Assembly: GCA_963828525.1 (NCBI GenBank)
Contig: CAWHEP010000009.1
Location: 224,001 to 288,000, forward strand
Direction of reading: 5' to 3'
From: an uncultured Verrucomicrobiae bacterium
Lineage (GTDB): Bacteria > Verrucomicrobiota > Verrucomicrobiia > Chthoniobacterales > Chthoniobacteraceae
DNA length: 64,000 bases
Shown: positions 19,655 through 27,719 of the stretch, piece by piece
Layout of the letters: each line of letters begins with the position of its first letter
Numbering within the stretch: the first letter of the stretch is position 1
The notes under the pieces: model-generated
Told to the model about the DNA's origin: nothing
Seen by the model: only the letters and a program-made list of their open reading frames with translations
Database searches by the model: none
Position numbers and translations under genes: made by a program

Positions 19655-19800
19655 GAGAGTGCGAAGAATCTCATAGCCGAAGTTTTTTGAATCTGGCTCC
19701 CATTCGGGAGCTTGTTGTCATTCCCAATGCGCTTTCATGGAAGGCATGAAAGCTATCTTAAAAGAGTGGACGCCCTACCCCTAGCGGCGCGCTAGAGGCA
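19653..19800. other. Putative oriT region: four inverted repeats upstream of the relaxase
   Basis: ATGAGA/TCTCAT (19653-19674), GCTCCC/GGGAGC (19696-19711), GCTTTCATG/CATGAAAGC (19731-19753), CTAGCG/CGCTAG (19781-19795). Confidence 0.5.
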
Positions 19801-19866
19801 GTTTCGTAACGGCCATGTTGCAAGCACGTCTTCGACAATTCGCGGCATTGAATCAACCGTGTCCCG

Positions 19867-19908
19867 CGCGCTGTAACCGCACTGTCACGCGCTGTAACAG
19901 GCGTGTCA
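19867..19908 (+). repeat. Two imperfect 21-bp tandem repeats with phased TGTMAC motifs
   Basis: CGCGCTGTAACCGCACTGTCA followed by CGCGCTGTAACAGGCGTGTCA. Confidence 0.75.
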
Positions 19909-20613
19909 CCGCTCATCGCGAACTACCTCCAGCATTTCCTGTCACCGGAAATCACGCAAGTTTTTTGCCCTTCGGAAAATACGTTCGACTTTGGCGAGAT
20001 CGACCGGGGCAAAATCATTTGCGTGGCCATGCCGCAGAAGTTTCAAACCGAGCGGCGCTATGTGAACACCTTTCTCAAGACGCCTTTCTACACGCACGTC
20101 TTGCGCCGTTTCGACAAGCCCAAGGAGCAGCGCCGGGACGACAATCTTCTCATCCTTTGGGCCGACGAAGCGCAGCGGTTTATGACCGCGAGCGAGGACG
20201 GAATGAGCGATTACAATTCCGTGGACGTGATTCGAGAGGCGCAGGGAACCGTTGTCGCCGCCGCGCAATCTTCGACCTCATTCGTTCCGCCGTTGGGCAA
20301 AGACAAAGCGAAGGTGCTGACGTTGAATCTCCGCAATCGCATGATCTTCAAAGCCGCCGACGAAGAAGGCGCGGTTGAGAGCGCCGATTTTCTTGGGAAG
20401 AAGAAATTCATCAAACGCTCGTGGGGCTTCTCCTATGGTAGGACGACGAGCAATTACAGCGAGCAGGAGGAGCACAAGATCAAGCCTTACGTCCTTCGCA
20501 GTCTGCCGAAACACACCTGCGTTTTGGTTCATGCGGAACGCGGCTTCAAACGAGCGCTACTGCCGCCTATCGACCCGAATGGGAAGGTCTGTTCGTGGTT
20601 CGGAAAGGGATAA
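19903..20613 (+). pseudogene. C-terminal fragment of a type IV coupling protein (TraD/TraG/VirD4-like)
   Basis: Walker B LILWADEAQRF, IREAQGTVVAAAQS, LNLRNRMIFKAAD...SADFLGK. No Walker A or TM N-terminus. Confidence 0.75.
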
Positions 20614-20618
20614 TCGCG

Positions 20619-21162
20619 ATGCCCGGCGACGGCCCAATCATCCATTTCCCAACCGAGGAAGAGCAGCAGGCCACCCTCAATGAGTTTGCACGCGAAATGC
20701 AGCGGGTGAAAGAACGGAAGGACTCGGTTTCACAGCAGAAGCTCCAGGAAGCACTGGCGACGATTTCCGATTATCTCAAAACCGGCTGGACCACCGGAGG
20801 CGGGCGGCGTCTCCGTCAATTCGTCTGGTCGCTTTGGAACGGCTTTCATCTGATCAATCTCTACGACCTTAGCTCCGGCCTCGATGGCAGGCTCACCGAC
20901 GCGGTGATTATCGTTTTCCACGCGGCGATGGTGGACGCATTGAGCGAAGACCAAAAGCGGCGCGTGCTAAAAGAGTCGGGAGAATTCGCCCGCTGGGAAC
21001 AGGCGAGCGAGGAGACTCCCGAAGACGAGGAAGTCTTGTATCCGCCATTTCCGATGAGCACCGAGGGGCTTCGCCGAGCTGGCGCATTCCGCCGAACAGA
21101 ACGACAGGCGCATCGAAAAGCAGCGCCGCGCCGAGCAGGCCCGCGAGGCGAAAGATGAGTGA
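20619..21162 (+). CDS. Hypothetical mobile-element protein (probable frameshift near 21075)
   Basis: TGGGRRLRQFVWSLWNG...NLYDL...LD resembles small ICE/plasmid hypothetical proteins. An alternative frame gives a natural helical tail ELAHSAEQNDRRIEKQRRAEQAREAKDE ending at 21162. Confidence 0.6.
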
Positions 21163-21176
21163 AAAGCCACCACCGA

Positions 21177-21357
21177 ACGGGATCAACTGCCGCTGCCTTC
21201 TCAGACTCCGGGAGCGGCAGTTCATCCCGTCCGCCGGGGAGGATGCGAGACCAAGCGCCCAGACTTCGCTGCGGCTTCGCTCCCGGCTTGCCGCCCGCTG
21301 GCCCACCGGGCAAGCCTGACGCTACGGCCTCCGCTTCGCCTGAACGCTTGGACTCGC
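21177..21357. other. Two long intergenic hairpins
   Basis: 17/18-bp stem 21177-21194 with 21213-21230. 12/13-bp stem 21245-21257 with 21345-21357, enclosing an 8-bp stem 21285-21292 with 21309-21316. Confidence 0.7.
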
Positions 21358-21414
21358 GATTGGCGCAGCCAGCTCACGATTTTGATCCATGCGAAAGGCC
21401 TGACTTTCTCGAAC

Positions 21415-21431
21415 AGCGTAATAATTACGCT
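21415..21431. promoter_or_regulatory. Palindromic operator upstream of abiEi
   Basis: AGCGTAAT-a-ATTACGCT, 46 bp before the ATG. AbiEi proteins are known to autorepress via inverted repeats. Confidence 0.55.
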
Positions 21432-21477
21432 ATGTGTGTTGCGGCAGGGACCGCTCGATGTAAGCTATCCTTGCGTT

Positions 21478-22092
21478 ATGAAACGGTCTTCCCATGAATC
21501 TGAAGCTAGGCTTTTCGCAGTGGCGGAAAGTCAGGGAGGCTATTTTACCGCAAAACAGGCGGAGGAAGCGGGGTTTGATCGAACGAATCACGCCTACCAT
21601 GTACGGGCGGGAAATTGGGAGCGTGAACACCGGGGTATTTTCCGCCTTGCGCATTTTCCGGCCAACGAGCGCCCTGATCTGGTCCGCTGGTCTCTCTGGT
21701 CACGAGATCGACAGGATCATCCGCAAGGAGTTTATTCGCATCAAACGGCTCTCAGCATCCATGACCTGTCGGATGTCATGCCGTCCAAGCTGCACATGAC
21801 GGTGCCTCTGAAATTTCGCAAGAATTCCAAAATACCGCCCGCAATTGTCCTGCACTATGCCGACCTTCCCGCCGGGGCAATGGAAGAGCGTGAGGGGTTT
21901 CGCGTTACGCGCCCAATGAGGGCTATTCTTGATCTGGGCGAATCACAGGAACTTTCACCTGATCTGCTGGCGCAGGCATATGCAGAGGCTCGCAAACGTG
22001 GACTAATTACTGAAAACGAAGTCAGGGAATACCGCGATAAGCTGCCCGCTTTCCTGTTTCAACGCCCGGGATTGAAGGCGAGGCCCGCATGA
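21478..22092 (+). CDS. Type IV toxin-antitoxin antitoxin, AbiEi family
   Basis: LFAVAESQGGYFTAKQAEEAG...WEREHRGIFRL wHTH, SHQTALSIHDLSD, VTRPMRAILD. ATGA-coupled to the toxin gene. Confidence 0.88.
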   Translation: MKRSSHESEARLFAVAESQGGYFTAKQAEEAGFDRTNHAYHVRAGNWEREHRGIFRLAHFPANERPDLVRWSLWSRDRQDHPQGVYSHQTALSIHDLSDVMPSKLHMTVPLKFRKNSKIPPAIVLHYADLPAGAMEEREGFRVTRPMRAILDLGESQELSPDLLAQAYAEARKRGLITENEVREYRDKLPAFLFQRPGLKARPA

Positions 22093-22952
22093 AAGATGAG
22101 CCACGCCATTACGCCACTGCTGCCGCCTTCCGCGTCGCCCTTGAGGCGCGCCTGAAAACAACGGAACGAACCGAAGGCATCGATCTCCAGCGTTTGCGCC
22201 GGCAGGTTTCGTTTGATCGGTTGCTTGCGCGTTTGTTTTCCGAACAGAACGCGCCGTGGCTGCTCAAGGGTGGTTACGCCATGGAATTGAGGCTGCAAAC
22301 GGCGCGCACGACGAAAGATATCGATTTGTCTCTTCCGGTCGATGCCGCGTCCGAGAGGAAGGGGCGTGTCTTGGAGCATTTGCAGGCCAGCGTCGCCAAG
22401 GATTTGAAGGATTTTTTCGTCTTTGCCATAGGTCAGCCCATAATGGACCTGAATGCTGCACCGGAAGGCGGCGCCCGTTACCCGGTAACCGCCTCGTTGG
22501 CTGGCCGGGTTTTTACCAGGTTTCATCTCGATGTCGGGATGGGTGATGCCGCCATTGAGCCCACAGAACTATTGGAAGGACGAAACTGGCTGGGTTTTGC
22601 GGGAATTTATCCTACGAAATTTGTGGCGATTTCCAAAGAACAGCAGTTTGCAGAGAAACTGCACGCCTACACCCTCCCACGTCTAGAGGGAACAAACACT
22701 CGTGTTAAGGATGTCGTCGATATGGCGCTTTTGCTTCGGCTCGGAACATTGGATCGTGAACGGCTTAAGGAAGCCATTCGCACAACTTTTGCCTTGCGGG
22801 ACACGCATGTGCTTCCCGTCGTATTGCCGGAGCCGCCTGCATCATGGGAAGCTCTTTACCGGACATTGGCGGTAGAGAGCAGCCTCGATTGGACCCTACA
22901 AGAGACCCTTCAAAGGATCGGGACTTTGCTTTCAGATGAAATATTGCGATAG
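22089..22952 (+). CDS. Nucleotidyltransferase AbiEii/AbiGii toxin
   Basis: WLLKGGYAM...RTTKDIDL, AEKLHAYT, TRVKDVVDM motifs intact. Confidence 0.92.
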   Translation: MKDEPRHYATAAAFRVALEARLKTTERTEGIDLQRLRRQVSFDRLLARLFSEQNAPWLLKGGYAMELRLQTARTTKDIDLSLPVDAASERKGRVLEHLQASVAKDLKDFFVFAIGQPIMDLNAAPEGGARYPVTASLAGRVFTRFHLDVGMGDAAIEPTELLEGRNWLGFAGIYPTKFVAISKEQQFAEKLHAYTLPRLEGTNTRVKDVVDMALLLRLGTLDRERLKEAIRTTFALRDTHVLPVVLPEPPASWEALYRTLAVESSLDWTLQETLQRIGTLLSDEILR

Positions 22953-23913
22953 GTGGGACGAATCATCCGCGGATTCTCCCGACACGTCGGGAGTTTCTAA
23001 GCGCATCACTCGCAGGCGCTCACCAGTTTCATCAACCGTTAAGTTTCCGCAACCGTCGCCACTCGTCAGCAACTCACGAGCGACGGCATCGCCGATGAAT
23101 TTCTCCACCGCATCCCGCATCGGACGCGCACCGAGCCGGGGATGAAATCCACGTCGCACGAGGAACGGCAGCACGGATTCGGCGGGCTCGAGTTCGTGGC
23201 CGTTGGCGCGCAGAAACTCGAATTCTTGCGCCAGAAGGAGCCGCGCGATGTCGAGCTGCACGTCGTAGGTAAGCTTGTTGAAAACGAGCTTCTCGGTGAT
23301 GCGCGCGTAAAGCTCGGGGCGCATCGACTGTTGAGCGTGTCCGAGAACGTGCCGCTCCATCGTGGAAAACGAGGAATGCTGCAAACCCACGATTTCCGCC
23401 GAGGCGATATTGGAAGTGAACACGACGTAGAAGCCGCTCAAATCCAGCGTCTCGCCGCTCGCCATCGTCACACGCGCTGCGTCGAGGATTTGCAAAAACA
23501 CGTCCAGCACGCGCGGATGCGCCTTTTCGATTTCATCAAAAAAGCAAAGTCCCCGTATTCGACTTTTCGACGGCCAGCGCCAGCGTGCCCCGCTCGCCAA
23601 GCCTGCCGCCGAGCAGCACGGCCAGGCTTTCCTGATTTTGATACTCCGACATGTCGAAACGAAAGAGCCGGTCTTCACCGCACAGAAGTTGCGTGAAGTT
23701 CAACGTCACTTCCGTCTTGCCGACGCCAGTCGGTCCGAGAAACAGAAAGCTCCCGCGCGGACGCAAGCCTTTGGTCAGGCCGAGTTCCCCGCGTTGCCGC
23801 AGCGAGACGATGCGCGGCAGGACATGATCCTGCCCGCGAATGCGCTGGCGCAGGAGGGGCAGCAGTCCGTGAAGTTTGGCGACCTGTGAGTTTGTTTCGG
23901 CGAGCGCGTTCAT
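22932..23913 (-). CDS. Stand-alone ClpB/ClpA D2-type AAA+ ATPase (frameshift in an A-run near 23540)
   Basis: IRGQDH, RPRGSFLFLGPTGVGKTE, RFDMSEYQ, LLFDEIEKAHP, FTSN, LGARPMRDAVEK. No N-domain or D1. Confidence 0.85.
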
Positions 23914-23990
23914 TTCTCGCAGCGTAAATCTTCGCTCCCGAAATTTGGCTCCCGTTCGGGAGCCTGTGTGCTTTTTCCGTCAGCTACAAC

Positions 23991-24105
23991 ATGAGCATGA
24001 ACAAAACATTATTCATTTCTTTGCGAGCAATGCCCGTCCTCGCGCAAGCGGCGGGTGGTCTCGCCCAAGGAGCGAGTCAGGCGCTGGGCATCGTCATGCT
24101 CATGA
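23991..24105 (+). pseudogene. Truncated TrbC/VirB2-like pilin precursor
   Basis: MNKTLFISLRAMPVLAQAAGGLAQGASQALGIVML: a signal peptide ending LAQA plus the start of a hydrophobic helix, breaking off into unrelated sequence. Located in the mobile remnant. Confidence 0.45.
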
Positions 24106-24130
24106 GACGGCGCGAATCCCAGAACGGCGT

Positions 24131-25339
24131 TTATCCCGCGAGTTCAAGGAACTCTGCCACAATCGGCCATCGCGCCTCCATGGTCTGCGAAGTCTTCCTG
24201 AGTAATTCCGCGTTTTCTCGAAGACGCTCCATCTCGCCCGGCTTCTGGAAAATATGCGTGAGACTTTGCGCCATGAGGTCAGGCCTTTTAGTCGGTACAA
24301 GGACGCCATTAAAACCCGACTGGATGATTTCCCTGTTTCCCAAAGTATCGAACGCTACCAACACCGCGCCCGCCGAGATCGATTCGAGCGTGGAAAGGGG
24401 ACACCCTTCGCCCCATAGAGGATCCTTGCCCACATTCATACCGAGAAAGACCTGGCAGGATCGCAAGCCTGACAGGATGTCAGACTCGGGTCCTCGAAGC
24501 AGAAAGAAGTCAAGGTCGAGTCCCGCCGAAGCAGTCGCCTTCCGAATGATTTCGATATAGCCCGGAGTGAGGCGTCCCTCATCCATATAACCCACGCGAA
24601 GCGGGTGCCGCTCGGACTCGATGGGATACCAGATGGCGTCATCAATCAGCAGAGGCAAAGTTATGCAGGGCTTATCAAAATGGGCCATGTGCCAGGCCTG
24701 CACCGTACCAGAGATGCCTGCCACTTTCCTAAGATTGGCCCGGTAGAGACGCGCAAGCGCGGGAAAGTGGAAATGTTCTGTCCACGCAAGCTCCATATCC
24801 CAAAAATAGACGCGGGGGCACTGCGAGATAAACGCGGCGCCCTCGGCCCAAGATGTGACGCAACGGACATCCGCCGTCGCGCGCATCTTTTCCCGGAAGG
24901 CTTCCATTGAAAGATGCGGCTGATGATCGACGAGCCATGTTTCGCGAGTGCCATCGTAGGTGACCATGTAGGCCTCGTACCCATGAAGCCGCGCCAGCTT
25001 GACGAGGTTGTTGAGAAGCTTGATGCCGCCGTTGTATTTCCACCCGCCATGGAGCGCCTCGCTCGCGCAAGCGGAAGCAAAAATCACCGGTTTTGACGAA
25101 ACCGTCGCGGGCTTCGCCATGCCATTGGCAGACGCTCCGCCGGACGGTCGTGACAGAAGCGAGGCGGCAATGCCGCCGGCTCCAACCGCATCCGCCAAGT
25201 TCGCGAAGTTCCTTCCCAGATCGCGAACGAACAAGGATGGGAGCCTCGACAACGTCAACCAGGCGCTGCTAAAGCCTTTTCGTGTCCGAAAAAATCCCCA
25301 TGCCCGTTTCGGACTGCTCCCCTCGGCAGCTTTCGACAA
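24131..25339 (-). CDS. Glycosyltransferase (GT4-like, GT-B fold)
   Basis: NGGIK N-terminal motif; EGCPLSTLESISAGAVLVAFDTLGNREIIQSGFNGVLV. Confidence 0.85.
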   Translation of the reverse strand: MSKAAEGSSPKRAWGFFRTRKGFSSAWLTLSRLPSLFVRDLGRNFANLADAVGAGGIAASLLSRPSGGASANGMAKPATVSSKPVIFASACASEALHGGWKYNGGIKLLNNLVKLARLHGYEAYMVTYDGTRETWLVDHQPHLSMEAFREKMRATADVRCVTSWAEGAAFISQCPRVYFWDMELAWTEHFHFPALARLYRANLRKVAGISGTVQAWHMAHFDKPCITLPLLIDDAIWYPIESERHPLRVGYMDEGRLTPGYIEIIRKATASAGLDLDFFLLRGPESDILSGLRSCQVFLGMNVGKDPLWGEGCPLSTLESISAGAVLVAFDTLGNREIIQSGFNGVLVPTKRPDLMAQSLTHIFQKPGEMERLRENAELLRKTSQTMEARWPIVAEFLELAG

Positions 25340-25340
25340 G

Positions 25341-27569
25341 CTATCGACTCGCTTGCACCGGCATTGCCTTTTCCGGCACTATGCTTTCGGCACGGGTTAG
25401 GAATACAGGCTCCTCAGAGATCGGCAGCGCAAGATGATCGTTGTCTGTGGATGTCATCTTCTCGTTGCCCATCAGGTCAACCACGCCCACTTTCCCCGAC
25501 TTGATCCCTAACGGCAGGGAGGTTTTACCCTTGGACGTCCATGCCGCAAAGACCGGCGCGCCATTTCCGGTGAACTCGTAGAGATAGCTGCCATCGGCAA
25601 CCTGTAGCGAGCGCGCGAAGTGTTTCTTGTAGAGGAGTCTGCTCATCGTGTTATAGGCCACGTAGTCCACCTTCGGAGCTCCATCCTTCTGTACAGCTCC
25701 CAGCATGTAGTCCCAACGATTGGACGCGGCGTCTCCGCGATCCTGGAAGTTATATTTGAAAATGCGCTCCACGTATGGCTGGGACAAAGCCAGCAGGAAC
25801 ATGCGCACATTATAGGCGGCGACGTCAGCATCTGAATACGCCCGCTGTTTGTTTGCGAATCCGCTGCCGGTCAACCAGACCTTCAGCTTGCCCGCCCCGT
25901 TGTTGTTGAGAACGGTCTTGAGGCTTTCCAAACGCGACAGGTACGCAGCTCCCTCATTGGCCTGGCCTTTCTGAAGAGGAAGCTCCGGCGCCGTATTTTC
26001 GAGCTGATGCACTGATAAGGCATCCATATACCTGGCGCCTCCCTGCTGAAGAACCCCGTTGATGAAATCCAGATCGAAGCCGGAACAGGCCCCGCCAATC
26101 ACGATTGCATTCGGATCCGCTGATTTCACGCCTTGATAAGCAGCTTTTAAGAGCGCCGTGTATTCCCGAGCGCTGGGAGTACGTTTCAACCAGCCTTGGC
26201 TGCTGTTGGGCTCATCCCAAACTTCCCAGCATTTGACGCCCGGGCCCCATTTTGGCTGCGACCACTTCTGAGCCGCAGTGGCGGCGAAACGCCTAAATTC
26301 CTCCAGCGCCTCGCGGGAATGAGGCGCCTGATTGTCGTCGTAGAAAGAATTCGCCCCGTTCAGGACAACCAGACTCGGCATCCCTTTTCTTGCCGCCGCA
26401 GCGACGAAGAAATACGGATTGAGGGCGTCCATGGAGATGTCGATCTTCCCTTTGGTAGATTCATTCCAGAATAATTCATCCCGAAACCAGCCAGCTCCCA
26501 TTTTCTGCGCCAAATCAAGAGCGCCGCTCGCTCCACCAATCTTTTGATGCCGTCCCCAAGGTCCTTCGGCGAAATGCATCTGCACACCAAAAGGACTTTC
26601 AGGCCATAATGTCGCCTGATCCGCCATCCACGCGAAAGGAACCCGCATGGACATACCCGCGTAATCGGTCGCGATATAGAACAGGCCGAATCCGGGAGGG
26701 GTGATGTCGAGTTCCTGCCGAAAAGGTGTTTTCGCCGTAACTGTCGCGGTTCCCTTCCACAACTCGCGAACGATCTCGCCTCGATGATTAAGAAGGTTGA
26801 TGGGAGGCATCGGGAACGAACCCTCCGTGCCTGGAGCCCCGGATACCACCACTACGGCGTTGGAGGGGACGTCGCTCTTGCCCCAAAAATACATCAGGTG
26901 CCTGGGCGTCTCAAAAGTCACTTCCGGAAGAGCAGGGCCTTCCGCGATGGCTGGCAGCACGGGCGCGCGGTAGACGTTGGCGGCGAGTTGCGATTCCGCC
27001 TTCGGCGCAACAGCGTTTACCAGGTAAAACGTGAGGGAACCTCTCTTCATGGAAGGGTTCGCAAGGCCACTCTTGTCGAGCACGAGAGCCACGCTCTGAA
27101 CGGAGCCATGCCACCTCGCCTCCTTTGAGCCAGCGGAATGAGAGGTGGCGAATTTCGGAAGCGTGATCTCCTGCCAACCGGTGTTTTGCTTGAGAGGGAG
27201 TTTCTCCTGGTGGGTGCTGCCGGCGGAATCAACCAGCCGGAGCTCGACTGATTCGGTGTTCGTAGCCTTCACCCAGAACGAAATCTTGTCGGTCGCGGCA
27301 GGAAGCGCGACTTTTTCCTGCGCCGCCACAAAACGTCCGCCCAAGAGAAAGTCGCCGAGGAGCACCAGAGAATCTCCTCCGGAGGGCCCGGTCTGGCCTG
27401 GGTCGAGGCGTCCGCGGGCGCCGGGATACTCTCGGCCAAGGCTAAGCTGCCATGAGCTTAAGCTATTCTCGACCCCCAAAGCGAGCATTTGGCTGGATAC
27501 ACAAGCCACCAGACTGAGAAGCACCACCGCCTCACGATTCCATTTCCTGTTCTTGATTAGCATATTCAT
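25341..27569 (-). CDS. Secreted clan GH-A glycoside hydrolase-like protein (GH39/GH5-like) with an N-terminal carbohydrate-binding domain; catalytic residues degenerate
   Basis: Signal peptide, CBM-like beta-sandwich, SPFGVQMHF, WFRDE, WEVWDEPN, SVHQL, VWLTGSG. Paralog of the next gene. Confidence 0.8.
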   Translation of the reverse strand: MNMLIKNRKWNREAVVLLSLVACVSSQMLALGVENSLSSWQLSLGREYPGARGRLDPGQTGPSGGDSLVLLGDFLLGGRFVAAQEKVALPAATDKISFWVKATNTESVELRLVDSAGSTHQEKLPLKQNTGWQEITLPKFATSHSAGSKEARWHGSVQSVALVLDKSGLANPSMKRGSLTFYLVNAVAPKAESQLAANVYRAPVLPAIAEGPALPEVTFETPRHLMYFWGKSDVPSNAVVVVSGAPGTEGSFPMPPINLLNHRGEIVRELWKGTATVTAKTPFRQELDITPPGFGLFYIATDYAGMSMRVPFAWMADQATLWPESPFGVQMHFAEGPWGRHQKIGGASGALDLAQKMGAGWFRDELFWNESTKGKIDISMDALNPYFFVAAAARKGMPSLVVLNGANSFYDDNQAPHSREALEEFRRFAATAAQKWSQPKWGPGVKCWEVWDEPNSSQGWLKRTPSAREYTALLKAAYQGVKSADPNAIVIGGACSGFDLDFINGVLQQGGARYMDALSVHQLENTAPELPLQKGQANEGAAYLSRLESLKTVLNNNGAGKLKVWLTGSGFANKQRAYSDADVAAYNVRMFLLALSQPYVERIFKYNFQDRGDAASNRWDYMLGAVQKDGAPKVDYVAYNTMSRLLYKKHFARSLQVADGSYLYEFTGNGAPVFAAWTSKGKTSLPLGIKSGKVGVVDLMGNEKMTSTDNDHLALPISEEPVFLTRAESIVPEKAMPVQASR

Positions 27570-27719
27570 GTTTTCCTTGTGACCTCATCCTTTCAGGTTT
27601 CGGGATGTAAATCCCTCAAAAAATACCCTGACCGCTGAATTAGAGCAAATTACAGAAGCAGACTACCAGCTTTTATTGAAATTATAAGAAGATTTTCTGG
27701 ATTTCGCACATTTAAGCGC

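Larger units (their letters stand above)
19536..24105. mobile_element. Degenerate conjugative element (ICE/plasmid) remnant carrying AbiE
   Basis: Bounded by a truncated relaxase on the left and a truncated pilin-like gene on the right. Contains oriT-like hairpins, a 5'-truncated coupling protein, an AbiEi/AbiEii pair and a ClpB-D2 ATPase. No integrase; boundaries are approximate. Confidence 0.72.

Noticed and set aside
19474..19674. 67-aa N-terminal extension of PafA in the ORF track
   Set aside because: The family starts at MNRIVGIETEYG; the extension is an alternative frame of the relaxase stub.
19860..21360. Repeats and hairpins as a possible CRISPR array
   Set aside because: No regularly spaced identical repeats with unique spacers, and no cas genes.
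22932..22952. The AAA ATPase C-terminus LSQYFI resembles the Mpa proteasome-docking tail GQYL
   Set aside because: Tyr is not penultimate as an HbYX motif requires, the tail overlaps the abiEii 3' end on the other strand, and the protein is ClpB-D2 type inside a mobile remnant rather than ARC-like.
19522..24114. CGGCGCG at 19522-19528 and 24108-24114 as a possible target-site duplication or att pair
   Set aside because: Only 7 bp, all G/C in a GC-rich genome, not exactly at the inferred breakpoints, and no integrase or tRNA is present.
25341..25385. IVPE near the C-terminus of the dead hydrolase as a PEP-CTERM sorting signal
   Set aside because: No transmembrane helix or basic cluster follows it.
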